Numbered from the stretch's first letter, positions 19,380 to 30,206 are shown. The stretch is DNA of 64,000 nucleotides from Candidatus Saccharimonadales bacterium (GCA_044227985.1 JBGAVT010000003.1:20250-84249), one strand, 5' to 3'. The notes: generated from the sequence alone by a model not told the origin. Numbers and translations are program-made.

Positions 19380-20068
19380 GTGCCAGAGTTGATTGTTGTG
19401 AGACATGGTCAGTTGTAAATGATGCTAGGTTAGAATTTGGCGTTGAGTCAGCTGAGGCTGAAACGTTAACTGCTTATTATGAGGGTGGCATGGAGCCTTT
19501 GTCGGAGTATGGTCAAGCTCAAAGTGAGATAGCAAATCAGGTGATGGCCAACATGATTTCTGCTGGCGAGATGAGCCCATCCGTTGGCTTGGTCTCAGAA
19601 CTTCCACGTGCGGTTCAAACAAGTGGATTTATTGGACCAGCAAATGTTAATTATCAAACATTTTCTGACTTGAGAGAATTTGATGGAGGCCACAACAACA
19701 AGGCAAGAGAAACTGCTGATTCAGTAGCAGAAAGAGTCTATGAAGTATTGACTCGCGCGATGGAAGAGCATAGAGATAGTGGACTCATTGTAGTTTCGCA
19801 TAGCGGTGTTATGACCGTTGTGTTGGGTATGATACTGGGCGGAGTAAGTGATAAAGATGAGTTGCAGAAAATAAGGACGGAAGCGGTGGGTAGAAAAAAA
19901 CAAGATAATTGTGAAATGGATCATTATTTAAGAGAAGATAGCGGAGACCTCGACTATCGATCAGTAAGAACCTGGTCAGGCAAAAGTGTTGAAAATATAA
20001 AAATTAAAGAAAGTCCTGCTTCTAGATGGGTTCGCGTTGGTCATCACGCACTACATCAATTCGATTAG
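19380..20068 (+). pseudogene. histidine phosphatase (phosphoglycerate-mutase-like) with its RHG catalytic motif out of frame
   Basis: After AGAGG, GTG 19380 opens VPELIVVRHGQL then TAA (19416-19418). The long ORF (frame of 19355) continues ...SVVNDARLEFG...PLSEYGQAQSE...LIVVSHSGVM. One missing base near 19412 would fuse RHGQ to VVNDARLEFG. Confidence 0.6.
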
Positions 20069-20096
20069 AATATGTTTGAAGTAATTCTTATTGTTT

Positions 20097-21569
20097 TTAA
20101 CCGACTGATCCAGCCATTTGCAGCTCGACTAGACGGTTTAGTTCAGCAGCGTACTCGAGTGGAATCTCACGAACGATTGGCTCGATAAAACCGTTGACTA
20201 TCATCGCTTGGGCTTCTGATTCGCTGAAACCGCGACTCATAAGATAAAAAAGCTGTCTTTCACCGATTTTACTGACGGTGGCTTCGTGCTCAAGCGTGAC
20301 ATCGCTTTCGCCGATATCATTTTTGGGATAAGTGTCGGTGCGACTTTCTGGATCCAAAATAAGTGCATCGCAGACGACGTGGCTACGACTTCCCCAACGT
20401 CCTTCGGGGATTTTGACGAGACCACGATAACTGGTGCGGCCACCTTCAAAACTAATACTTTTACTGACAATTTTACTGGTTGTTTCTGGTGCGAGATGGA
20501 TAACCTTGCCGCCGGCATCTTGGACTTGATCTTTGCCAGCTACGGCGACACTGAGAACTTCACCGTGGGCTTTTCGGCCATTGAGAATAATACTTGGATA
20601 TTTCATAGTCAGCTTACTGCCGAGATTCCCATCAATCCATTCCATGACAGATTCTTCTTCGGCGATAGCACGCTTTGTCACGAGATTGTAGACGTTTTTG
20701 CTCCAGTTTTGGATGGTTGTGTAACGACAACGGGCGCGTGGTTTGACAAAGATTTCCACCACAGCTGAGTGCAAACTATCTTTGCGGTAAATCGGTGCGG
20801 TACAACCTTCAACATAATGAACATAGGCGTCTTCGTCGACGATAATCATCGTGCGTTCGAACTGTCCCATCTGCGCGATATTAATTCGGAAGTAGGCTTG
20901 TAGTGGCAGGTTGATATGAACCTGGGGCGGTACGTAAATGAAACTTCCACCACTCCAGACGGCGGTGTTGAGAGCGGCGAATTTGTTGTCATTGGCTGGA
21001 ATCAATGTGCCGAAGTATTCTTTGACTAGTTCCGGGTGCTCGACCAAAGCTTCGTCCATTCCCATAAACTGTACACCCTGTTGAGCCAGTTCTTCTTTCA
21101 GACTGCCATACACCACCTCTGATTCATACTGAGCCTTTACGCCTCCCAGGTGTTCCTTTTCAGCTTCAGGAATACCGAGCAAGTCATAGGTGTCTTTGAT
21201 ACCTTGTGGCACATCGTTCCAGTCGGCAGCTTGGCTTTCGCTCGGCTTAACGTAGTAACGGAATTCATCAAAATTGATTTGAGACAAATCGCCACCCCAC
21301 GTCGGCATTGGTTTTTCTAAGAAAATTTTATATGCTTCGAGTCGTTTCTCCAGCATCCACTCTGGTTCATTCTTCATGCTCGAGATGGTTCGGATAACCT
21401 CTTCATTTATACCTAGATCACTTTTATAGATAGATTCGTCCGGCATCGAGAAGCCGTATTTATAGTCTTTTAGGCCAACACTACCAGCAGTTTTTTTCGC
21501 CTCTTGAAAGTTCTCCGCAATGTCTGCTGTGTCTAAACTCGTTTTATCGTCTATTTTACTATCTGCCAT
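20097..21569 (-). CDS. sufB: Fe-S cluster assembly protein SufB
   Basis: 490 aa with high-identity SufB blocks ([48 protein letters not shown]). TGtTAAAAT (21584-21576) lies 6 nt upstream of the ATG. Confidence 0.93.
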   Translation of the reverse strand: MADSKIDDKTSLDTADIAENFQEAKKTAGSVGLKDYKYGFSMPDESIYKSDLGINEEVIRTISSMKNEPEWMLEKRLEAYKIFLEKPMPTWGGDLSQINFDEFRYYVKPSESQAADWNDVPQGIKDTYDLLGIPEAEKEHLGGVKAQYESEVVYGSLKEELAQQGVQFMGMDEALVEHPELVKEYFGTLIPANDNKFAALNTAVWSGGSFIYVPPQVHINLPLQAYFRINIAQMGQFERTMIIVDEDAYVHYVEGCTAPIYRKDSLHSAVVEIFVKPRARCRYTTIQNWSKNVYNLVTKRAIAEEESVMEWIDGNLGSKLTMKYPSIILNGRKAHGEVLSVAVAGKDQVQDAGGKVIHLAPETTSKIVSKSISFEGGRTSYRGLVKIPEGRWGSRSHVVCDALILDPESRTDTYPKNDIGESDVTLEHEATVSKIGERQLFYLMSRGFSESEAQAMIVNGFIEPIVREIPLEYAAELNRLVELQMAGSVG

Positions 21570-21599
21570 ACATCTATTTTAACAGATAAAACAAGTAAT

Positions 21600-22955
21600 T
21601 TATTCTCCTGATACAGTTTTCACTGGCAAACTTTTTGCTCCGTCAATAAATGCGGAAGTATTTCTGACTAAGTCACCGTTTGGCTCGAAACGTATTCCGC
21701 GCTCGACCATTCTTGTGAACAAAATAGTCATCATGTGTCTGGCGAGGTTATTACCGGGACAAAAATGTTCATTTTTCCCAAAAGCTAAATGTTCATTTGC
21801 GTTTGGTCGTTCGATATCAAATTCGTGTGGATTCGGGAACTGGTTGGGGTCGTGGTTGGCAGCTGGAAACCACACTATTGCTTGTTCGCCAGGCTTAATC
21901 TCTTGACCACCAACAATCACACTGTCTTTAGCGTCCTTGCTTAGGGTTCGACGAAAAGCCATCACAGGACTGGTGTGTCTTATGATTTCTTCAACAGTAT
22001 TCTTGAGCAGCTCCAAGTCATCGTACATCTTGTTTGCTTGCTCGGCGTTTTCCATAAGGAGTTTTTCGCCTAGTGTGGTTGCGTTCTTTGTTGTGTCCGT
22101 ACCAGCTACGCCGAGAAGCAGTATATAGCTCCCTATTTTCATACCTAAATCTGCTTGTTGTTCGTCGGATAGGCTTTGCATTCTGTCTAGGAGTTTAGCT
22201 TCTTTTTCAGGCTCACCAACCATCTCATTGATATACATATTGACCATGCCTTCCAGTAGGCTTCCTTCAGTATGGTTCTCCGCACCCATTCTTGTGATCG
22301 CATATAAGAAAATATCTCCAGCTGCTTTCTTTGCCTCTGAGTCTTCTTCTGTGGTTTGGTCTTCAGCTCCGAAGTTACCTATTTTATCAAGGGCGTTGGC
22401 TAACATCTCTCGTTGATCTTGAGGCGCATCTATGAGAGCGAAAGTAACTTCATACGGAGCACGGCTTGCAATATCAACAAAATCAATCTCACCATTTTCT
22501 ACAGCTTCAGTAAGAACCTCATCTACCCAATCTGTCACCATTTGGTAGTGCTCATTAGTCTTAATTTTTCCTGGAGTCATGGCTTTTGATACTTCCGAAC
22601 GATGACGTTGGTGCACCCTTCCATCCTGATTCAGGATCATATCTTTGACGACTTCTATTCCTTCTTTTGGTACGTCGAAAGGGAATGCCGTATTAGGACT
22701 TGTGATAAAGTTTGAATTACTCAAGATATCACGCGCTGCCTCATATCCGATAGCGTGATGAACGGATTGTTCTGGATCTCCATATGCTCCACGTTTCTGC
22801 TCAATAACATCGCCGAAAGGTCTTAGTTGATCGAATAATTCATGAGGAAAGCCATCTTTTTCAAAAGTTTCTGGATCGAAGAGACTCTCCATGCATATTT
22901 GTAAGCTATTTTGTACCTCAATTTCTTCTGGACTAAAAGTTTCAACAGCACTCAT
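21600..22955 (-). CDS. cytochrome P450
   Basis: 451 aa: I-helix LGVAGTDTTKN, ExxR (EEIIRH) and heme-thiolate loop FGKNEHFCPGNNLARH. SD-led (TGGAGA). No ferredoxin or reductase is adjacent. Confidence 0.88.
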   Translation of the reverse strand: MSAVETFSPEEIEVQNSLQICMESLFDPETFEKDGFPHELFDQLRPFGDVIEQKRGAYGDPEQSVHHAIGYEAARDILSNSNFITSPNTAFPFDVPKEGIEVVKDMILNQDGRVHQRHRSEVSKAMTPGKIKTNEHYQMVTDWVDEVLTEAVENGEIDFVDIASRAPYEVTFALIDAPQDQREMLANALDKIGNFGAEDQTTEEDSEAKKAAGDIFLYAITRMGAENHTEGSLLEGMVNMYINEMVGEPEKEAKLLDRMQSLSDEQQADLGMKIGSYILLLGVAGTDTTKNATTLGEKLLMENAEQANKMYDDLELLKNTVEEIIRHTSPVMAFRRTLSKDAKDSVIVGGQEIKPGEQAIVWFPAANHDPNQFPNPHEFDIERPNANEHLAFGKNEHFCPGNNLARHMMTILFTRMVERGIRFEPNGDLVRNTSAFIDGAKSLPVKTVSGE

Positions 22956-23025
22956 ATTGTATCTCCATTATTTATATCTGGAGCGTATAGACTTGACTAT
23001 ATTCTTGTCAAGCATGAGCTTGATT

Positions 23026-23057
23026 AAATTTATATAATATTTTTTTTATATAAATTT
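23026..23057. repeat. AT-only perfect inverted repeat (11-10-11) between sufC and the P450 gene
   Basis: AAATTTATATA (23026-23036) and TATATAAATTT (23047-23057) are exact reverse complements. A second inverted repeat CTTGAC-N9-GTCAAG lies at 22992-23012. Confidence 0.6.
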
Positions 23058-23104
23058 CTGTTATATTCTATGACGAATCGAGATGGTTCAATAGTTTGAG
23101 TCGA

Positions 23105-23821
23105 TTAGTAACCGTTAGCTTCGATGTCAGCAACGAGGGTTTTGTCGCCACTTCGGGTGACTTTGCCGCGCTTCATAACGTGGACGCTGTCAGCGTTGAG
23201 GTGTTCGAGGATTCGGGTGTAGTGAGTGATAACTATCGCGCTCGCCCCGCTTTCTTTTTGATATTGCGACACGGCTTTGGTGACATGTTTTAAGGCATCA
23301 ATATCCAAGCCTGAATCGATTTCATCGAGAATAATCAGTTTCGGTTTAACGATGAGAAGCTGGATAATTTCCATTTTTTTGCGTTCGCCACCACTGAAAT
23401 CATCGTTTAATCCTCGTTCAAGCAGTTCAATATCTAGCTCTAGATCAGCTGCAGTTTTGCGAAGCCAATTCTGGAATTCATCAAGTTTTCGCACTCCTGG
23501 GTGATGAAGCTGTTCAAGCTGCCATAAAAAAGTTTCAGAGATTAATCCTTCAATAGCTAATGGGCTTTGGTGGGCCAAGAAAATCCCTTTTTTTGCGCGC
23601 TCATCGGCACCCATCTTGTTGATATTTTCACCATCAAGCAGCATCTCGCCGTCAGTAATTTCATATCGTGGGTCGCCGGCAATACATGAGGAAAGCGTAC
23701 TTTTGCCACTACCGTTTGGACCCATGATAACAACGGTTTTACCGTCGTCTACTTTGAGATCAATTCCACGTAAAATCCGTGTATCTTCAACTTTAGCTTT
23801 AAGATTTTTAACTTCTAACAT
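23105..23821 (-). CDS. sufC: Fe-S cluster assembly ATPase SufC
   Basis: 238 aa ABC ATPase: Walker A GPNGSGKST, signature FSGGERKK, Walker B LIILDEIDSGLD. Confidence 0.93.
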   Translation of the reverse strand: MLEVKNLKAKVEDTRILRGIDLKVDDGKTVVIMGPNGSGKSTLSSCIAGDPRYEITDGEMLLDGENINKMGADERAKKGIFLAHQSPLAIEGLISETFLWQLEQLHHPGVRKLDEFQNWLRKTAADLELDIELLERGLNDDFSGGERKKMEIIQLLIVKPKLIILDEIDSGLDIDALKHVTKAVSQYQKESGASAIVITHYTRILEHLNADSVHVMKRGKVTRSGDKTLVADIEANGY

Positions 23822-23827
23822 CTGTAA

Positions 23828-23836
23828 ATTGTATCA
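23828..23836 (-). promoter_or_regulatory. extended -10 box 6 nt upstream of the sufC ATG
   Basis: The minus strand reads TGaTACAAT-ttacag-ATG(23821). Confidence 0.5.
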
Positions 23837-23852
23837 AATATGATTAAGATAT

Positions 23853-24824
23853 TCAAAGGAGCTCGATGATGTCATCGGTGGTTCCACTGGTTGTTTCGTG
23901 ATCTTTGCTGTCTCGAAAAATCGTGATGGCATTACGAATCTCTTCGGCTTTTTTAGTTTCACCAAAATGCTCGAGCATCATGACGGCACTCAAGATTGTC
24001 GCGATTGGGTTGGCTTTGTTCTGACCGGCAATATCAGGGGCGCTGCCGTGAGCTGGCTCAAACATGCTAACTCCATTCGGGTTGATATTGGCGCTTGCTG
24101 CTAGACCGATGCCACCACTAATTGCGCCACCGAGATCAGTGATGATGTCGCCAAATAGATTATCGGTTACGATAACGCTGTAACGCTCTGGTCGCTCGAC
24201 GAAATGAATACATGCGGCGTCGATGTGATCATAGCTGGTTTCGACTTCCGGATACTCTTTAGCGACTTCATTGACCGTTCGCCGCCAGAGGTCACCAGAG
24301 TATGCGAGAACATTGGTTTTGTGGACCAGTGTTAATCGTTTGTTTTTACGGTTTTTAGCCACTTCAAAACCGTAGCGGACTAAACGTTCAACGCCAAAGC
24401 GTGTGTTGATTGAGCCCTGTGTTGCGACTTCGTGTGGTGTGCCTTTTCGCGCGACACCGCCTTCGTTCAGATATACTCCCTCAGTATTTTCACGGATAAC
24501 TTCGATATCGACGCCTTCAGCCTTAAATGGTCGATGATTAACGTAGAGATCGAGCTCAAAACGCATTTTAAGTAGTAGTCCTCGTTCGATAATTCCAGGT
24601 GTGACGTCAGGATGTCCGACTGCTCCGAGCAAAATTGCGTCTAAACTTTTCCACTCCGCAATCGTTTCGTCTGGCAAAATAGTCTCATCTTGTAAGTATC
24701 GCTGCCCACCCAAATCATAATCTGTATAGTCGGCTTCAAATCCAACAGCTTGTAGAACTTTTAATGCCGAATCGACAATCTCTTTGCCAATTCCATCTCC
24801 ACGAATAATTCCAATTTTTTTCAT
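23853..24824 (-). CDS. leuB: 3-isopropylmalate dehydrogenase (isocitrate/isopropylmalate dehydrogenase family)
   Basis: 323 aa: IRGDGIGKEI...RENTEGVY...TDNLFGDIITDLGG...EPAHGSAPDIAG. The leuB call rests on the family plus leuC/leuD context. Confidence 0.8.
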   Translation of the reverse strand: MKKIGIIRGDGIGKEIVDSALKVLQAVGFEADYTDYDLGGQRYLQDETILPDETIAEWKSLDAILLGAVGHPDVTPGIIERGLLLKMRFELDLYVNHRPFKAEGVDIEVIRENTEGVYLNEGGVARKGTPHEVATQGSINTRFGVERLVRYGFEVAKNRKNKRLTLVHKTNVLAYSGDLWRRTVNEVAKEYPEVETSYDHIDAACIHFVERPERYSVIVTDNLFGDIITDLGGAISGGIGLAASANINPNGVSMFEPAHGSAPDIAGQNKANPIATILSAVMMLEHFGETKKAEEIRNAITIFRDSKDHETTSGTTDDIIELL

Positions 24825-24830
24825 ACTGAT

Positions 24831-24839
24831 ATTCTACCA
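24831..24839 (-). promoter_or_regulatory. extended -10 box 6 nt upstream of the leuB ATG
   Basis: The minus strand reads TGgTAGAAT-atcagt-ATG(24824). Confidence 0.5.
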
Positions 24840-24846
24840 GATTACA

Positions 24847-25626
24847 CTAGAAAGGATGAGTTTCTGCTTTGCTAGGTACTGTCAGGTCTCGATATTCACT
24901 GATTTGGCTGACTAATACGAAACGAGAATTATCTGATTCTGGCTCAATCTCTAAACCTGCATGTATTTTGGGGGGAAATTTTTGCTCTAATGCAGAGCCC
25001 CTAGTCATAAGGCCACCGAATAGAATTGCTCTATCTCTTGCAAAGTCGATAGGTGGGCCGTGCGTTCTATCTTCTTCAAAGAAAACTAATCCAGGTCGAG
25101 TAGAGTCGGCATGAAAAGTGACTACCGATGTGTCAAAATGAGGTCTTGCTAAATGGTCATTGGCTGAAACAGAGTTAGGAGGTGCATATTTGAGTAATCT
25201 CAAATTTCCGTTCGCCATAACGCCGTTTTCATCAACAGTTTTTTCCAGAAACCAATCAAGACCATCAGGTGTACTTCGCTCTACCCCTCGAATAATTGAT
25301 TCGTGAACCTGAGCAATTCTATCATCTAAGTACGTCACTAGGTCTATAACTCTATCGTCTAGATCCGGTGAGTTTCTTTCTAGCCAACGCTTTGTGCCAG
25401 GCACAACTACAAATCTCCATTTATCCGGATCATGTCCTTCTGCCAATGCAGCTTCTGTCTCGCCTTTCCATACCAATCCTCGGTTTTGAGCGCGTTCCGT
25501 TCGGTCTTCATGATAAGTTTCCTGGATACCTCCTGGTTGACCAAAAGTTCTGATAGCTTCTTTGTAAATATCGTAGAGCTCGTCGCACTCCTCGACTCTT
25601 AGTGGTCTTTCTGTCTCAACGGACAT
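24847..25626 (-). CDS. 2-oxoglutarate/Fe(II)-dependent oxygenase-like protein
   Basis: 259 aa: LRLLKYAPP...RPHFDTSVVTFHADSTRPGLVFF...ILFGGLM...KIHAG...SRFVLV. This fits the H-x-D...H...R pattern and strand order of the 2OG-Fe(II) oxygenase fold. Motif-level call only. Confidence 0.55.
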   Translation of the reverse strand: MSVETERPLRVEECDELYDIYKEAIRTFGQPGGIQETYHEDRTERAQNRGLVWKGETEAALAEGHDPDKWRFVVVPGTKRWLERNSPDLDDRVIDLVTYLDDRIAQVHESIIRGVERSTPDGLDWFLEKTVDENGVMANGNLRLLKYAPPNSVSANDHLARPHFDTSVVTFHADSTRPGLVFFEEDRTHGPPIDFARDRAILFGGLMTRGSALEQKFPPKIHAGLEIEPESDNSRFVLVSQISEYRDLTVPSKAETHPF

Positions 25627-25704
25627 TTTTCTCCAATACCTTATTGATAGTTAATCAAATATATTAAACAATTATATGATGCTTGTCAATAGTGTTAAAA
25701 AGAA

Positions 25705-25713
25705 TGGTATAAT
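25705..25713 (+). promoter_or_regulatory. extended -10 box 8 nt upstream of the leuC ATG
   Basis: TGgTATAAT-aataaaat-ATG(25722). No SD. Confidence 0.5.
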
Positions 25714-25721
25714 AATAAAAT

Positions 25722-27125
<1,404 letters not shown>

Positions 27126-27132
27126 ATTGTTC

Positions 27133-27792
27133 CTATAAATAAAATCCTGTATCTGGCAACCCGGTCTCTAGCACTGTCGCAGACTGTATAGCTAAGTGGG
27201 TTGACACTTCGATATCTTCAGTATGTGGTCCTGGTAGATCGTAAGGAGCTGGCAGCGTATGGGTTTCGTTAAAACTATGTATATTCCATGCTACGAGTAC
27301 GAGCCTGCCATTGCCTTCGACAAAGTCTTGATCCCACGGATATTCTGGTCTTTCACCTGTAAGTCTTACTTGACCTGATTCAACTATATATCCCTCTAAA
27401 ACCGCTATCGAAGCAATTGATCCATCTCGAGAAAGCTTATGTGCCAACTCTCCAAGATCCCTGTCTATGGTGGAATCACTGACAAAAGGATCTAGGCCTT
27501 CTAGGCTCGTACCTCTTGGTCCATGAAGACCTTCAAGCGATAGGCCATTCCTGACATTATGTAACGCTAAAAAGCCAACCCTACTCAAAGTTTCTGCAAA
27601 ATTTTCTGGCTCTGAATTTACTTTTTGTATTTCTTTTCCACGCGGATTGGTTGCTACGCGCTCTGGAACAAGTAGCCTACCAACGGTACTCGTATCTCTA
27701 TCGCTATGCTGGCGACAAAATGCTGTTCGCCTATTACCTGAAGAATTCGAGAGATCAATTAAGTCTAATTCTGTTCGTTCTGAGCTTGGCAT
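27133..27792 (-). CDS. hypothetical protein
   Basis: 219-aa ORF convergent on leuC with a 7-nt gap. I recognised no family. Confidence 0.5.
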   Translation of the reverse strand: MPSSERTELDLIDLSNSSGNRRTAFCRQHSDRDTSTVGRLLVPERVATNPRGKEIQKVNSEPENFAETLSRVGFLALHNVRNGLSLEGLHGPRGTSLEGLDPFVSDSTIDRDLGELAHKLSRDGSIASIAVLEGYIVESGQVRLTGERPEYPWDQDFVEGNGRLVLVAWNIHSFNETHTLPAPYDLPGPHTEDIEVSTHLAIQSATVLETGLPDTGFYL

Positions 27793-27860
27793 TTTTGTTT
27801 TCGCTTGTTTAACTACCTTTGTAATACCATAAGCATAATATCAAAGTCAAGCATTATCTT

Positions 27861-28406
27861 TTAATCATCAGTGCAATTGATGCAATAACCAGGATGATTG
27901 TCTGGTTTATCTGGGTGAGCTTTACACCTGCCTTCAATGCAATAGTACATCGAGCTATTGATATCAAAGTTATTTGCCCAATCTTCATTTGGGAATCTAC
28001 AAGTATTTGGTTTATTTGCCTCGCAGAAGCGAATACTGATTTGATATGTGTCAACGCCACCATTTACGTACGCGTCGTAGTCGTAAATACTGCCAGGATA
28101 CGGCGCTGCCGGCCAACTCTTGTTACTCAGAAATTCTTCAAGACCTGGTGGTAGCCCGCGAGTCACATCAGCTGGAAATCCAGCATATTTATTTTGATAT
28201 AGGTAGAGCGCAGTAGAAATAGAACGTAGCTCCGCTTTGCTGCGGCTATTGTAAGCTTTTTCACGGACGTTTCCGATACCGATTAAAACTAGACTCGCAA
28301 GAATACCAATCACAACAATTACGACGAGTAATTCAATAATGGTAAAGCCTCGTAAAACTTCTTTTATTCTTTTAATTGGTTTTTGTATGTGTTGAAGCAC
28401 TAGCAT
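27861..28406 (-). CDS. type IV pilin-like protein (class III signal peptide), Cys-rich C-terminus
   Basis: Prepilin motif [22 protein letters not shown] prefer start ATG 28406, which gives a 20-aa leader; the ORF-track TTG start is 28454. There are six Cys in the C-terminal 60 residues, and it ends [21 protein letters not shown]. Confidence 0.75.
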   Translation of the reverse strand: MLVLQHIQKPIKRIKEVLRGFTIIELLVVIVVIGILASLVLIGIGNVREKAYNSRSKAELRSISTALYLYQNKYAGFPADVTRGLPPGLEEFLSNKSWPAAPYPGSIYDYDAYVNGGVDTYQISIRFCEANKPNTCRFPNEDWANNFDINSSMYYCIEGRCKAHPDKPDNHPGYCINCTDD

Positions 28407-28726
28407 TATTGTAATCTGTTTTTTGTCACCTGCAACTGTATTGGCTTGGACCAAAATAATGACAAATAGTTGAAATTAAATCATAAAGATAATTTAATAA
28501 CATAAATGAATGAAGCTAAGCTGAATAGTGAAGATGGTGATTCTAATGCTGGAGTGCTTACTAGCTGTGAGGACAAACCAGACTCTCTAGACCACTTGGT
28601 TCTGGCTGGTGCTAGTGAGCTTGTAGAAAATGGTATGGGAAGGTTTCCGGTAGAAAGAATTGCCATTGCCGGCCTAGCATTATTGGTCACATTCACATCA
28701 TTCAGACACTTAAGAAAACAGTAATC

Positions 28727-28735
28727 TGGTATAAT
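28727..28735 (+). promoter_or_regulatory. extended -10 box 7 nt upstream of the leuD ATG
   Basis: TGgTATAAT-ttctact-ATG(28743). Confidence 0.5.
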
Positions 28736-28742
28736 TTCTACT

Positions 28743-29345
28743 ATGAAAGCAGTTAAAATAATTAAAGGTACAGCCGCACCGCTCGACCGTAGTGACGTTG
28801 ATACTGATCAAATCATCCCAAGCGATTATCTAAAAAGTATTTCTAAGACTGGCTTTGAAGCTGGTTTGTTCGCACAGTGGCGCGAAAACGAGCCAAATTT
28901 TGTGTTAAATCAGGATCGGTTCAAAAATGCTAAAATTCTGGTTGCTGGTTCAAACTTTGGGACTGGTTCGTCTCGCGAACACGCCGTATGGGCAATTATG
29001 CAATACGGTTTTGCAGCTGTGATTGCTCCGAGTTTTGGTGATATTTTTCGAAATAACTCACATAAAAATGGTTTGTTGCCAGTTGTTTTGCCTGACGAAT
29101 CCGTGGATGCTCTCCTCGAAGCTGTTGAGAATCGTCCAGAACTTGAATTTTATATAGATATTTCGAAGCGAACGATGCTTGTAAATGAGCTTGGTTTTGA
29201 AGCAAACTTCCCCCTCGACGATGAAGTCATGAAGCGCTTTTTAGAAGGTCTCGATGATATTTCCCTGACTTTGAAGCTTGAAGACGATATTAAATTTTAT
29301 GAGAAGTCTCGTCCTAACTTTAAACCTCGAATTCGTCATGTTTAA
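28743..29345 (+). CDS. leuD: 3-isopropylmalate dehydratase small subunit
   Basis: 200 aa: DVDTDQIIPSDYLK...LVAGSNFGTGSSREHAVWA, the aconitase swivel domain. Confidence 0.92.
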   Translation: MKAVKIIKGTAAPLDRSDVDTDQIIPSDYLKSISKTGFEAGLFAQWRENEPNFVLNQDRFKNAKILVAGSNFGTGSSREHAVWAIMQYGFAAVIAPSFGDIFRNNSHKNGLLPVVLPDESVDALLEAVENRPELEFYIDISKRTMLVNELGFEANFPLDDEVMKRFLEGLDDISLTLKLEDDIKFYEKSRPNFKPRIRHV

Positions 29346-29366
29346 ACGATGTGAGTCGTTCAAGTG

Positions 29367-30146
29367 CTATGAACTGTTTTTATTGAGGTAATTAAGCGTC
29401 ATCTGAGTGCGTTCTTTAGCATATGGACAATAGCCGCATTCTTTGCCGACCTCTGGAATTTGGTCCGACTCCAGGCACGCTTTGATTTTCGGTAAAATTG
29501 GTTCAATCCAACTGTCATCTCCCGGATGTTCGATTAAACGCTGGTCAAATTTCAACATACCATCAAAGCGCTCAGACTTTTTCTTAGCCGTTGCATACAG
29601 CCAATATCCAGTATTGCTGACCCTTAATCCATTTTGTCGCAAGAGCCATTGATATACCTCGAGTTGACGGCGATAACCATCGTGATAAAACGCATCACCA
29701 AGCTGTGTAACGGGCTGGGTACGTGCTGTGGCCTTATAGTCGACCACAATGTATTCGTTTTTTTTATTAATCCATAAATCATCGAGCGCACCAAAGATTT
29801 CTAGATTAGTGTCTTTGTGGACGGTCCGGATGCCCTTAAAGTTTTCGCGCCAAATATCGAGCATTTCGTGTTCTGCGGGAATAGCATCAAGTTTATATTT
29901 TACTTGTATGGAATGCTGCTTTTTTTCTTTTCGTAGCTCATCAAATTCGCGTTTATATAGTTCGTCAACGGTTGAATTCAGAGTAAAAGGAGGTGTACGA
30001 GGTTGTTTTATTCCGAGACGACGGTCTAGGTAGAAACATCGTGGACACTGAATAAACTGTTCGATTTTGCTACGGCTAAGAGCGAATGGCTGAGCCTGTC
30101 CAGGCTGGTACGTCGGATTGTAGTTATATGATTTTTGATATGCCAC
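29367..30146 (-). CDS. PD-(D/E)XK nuclease family protein with Cys cluster (Cas4/AddB-nuclease-like)
   Basis: 259 aa: N-terminal QCPRCFYLD, core VVDYKAT, C-terminal ECGYCPYA, the layout of Fe-S-containing RecB-like nucleases. GTG start. Confidence 0.6.
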   Translation of the reverse strand: MAYQKSYNYNPTYQPGQAQPFALSRSKIEQFIQCPRCFYLDRRLGIKQPRTPPFTLNSTVDELYKREFDELRKEKKQHSIQVKYKLDAIPAEHEMLDIWRENFKGIRTVHKDTNLEIFGALDDLWINKKNEYIVVDYKATARTQPVTQLGDAFYHDGYRRQLEVYQWLLRQNGLRVSNTGYWLYATAKKKSERFDGMLKFDQRLIEHPGDDSWIEPILPKIKACLESDQIPEVGKECGYCPYAKERTQMTLNYLNKNSS

Positions 30147-30206
30147 AATCCTAGTATACAGTGCCTGCTTCGAGTTGTTGTATGTATATGATACAAATTA
30201 TATATA

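Noticed and set aside
28506-28724. 72-aa + strand ORF in the pilin-leuD spacer (acidic N-terminus, hydrophobic C-terminus)
   Set aside because: It has no convincing -10 or SD in front of its ATG, and the leuD promoter lies at its 3' end. It could be real, but I cannot support it from sequence alone.
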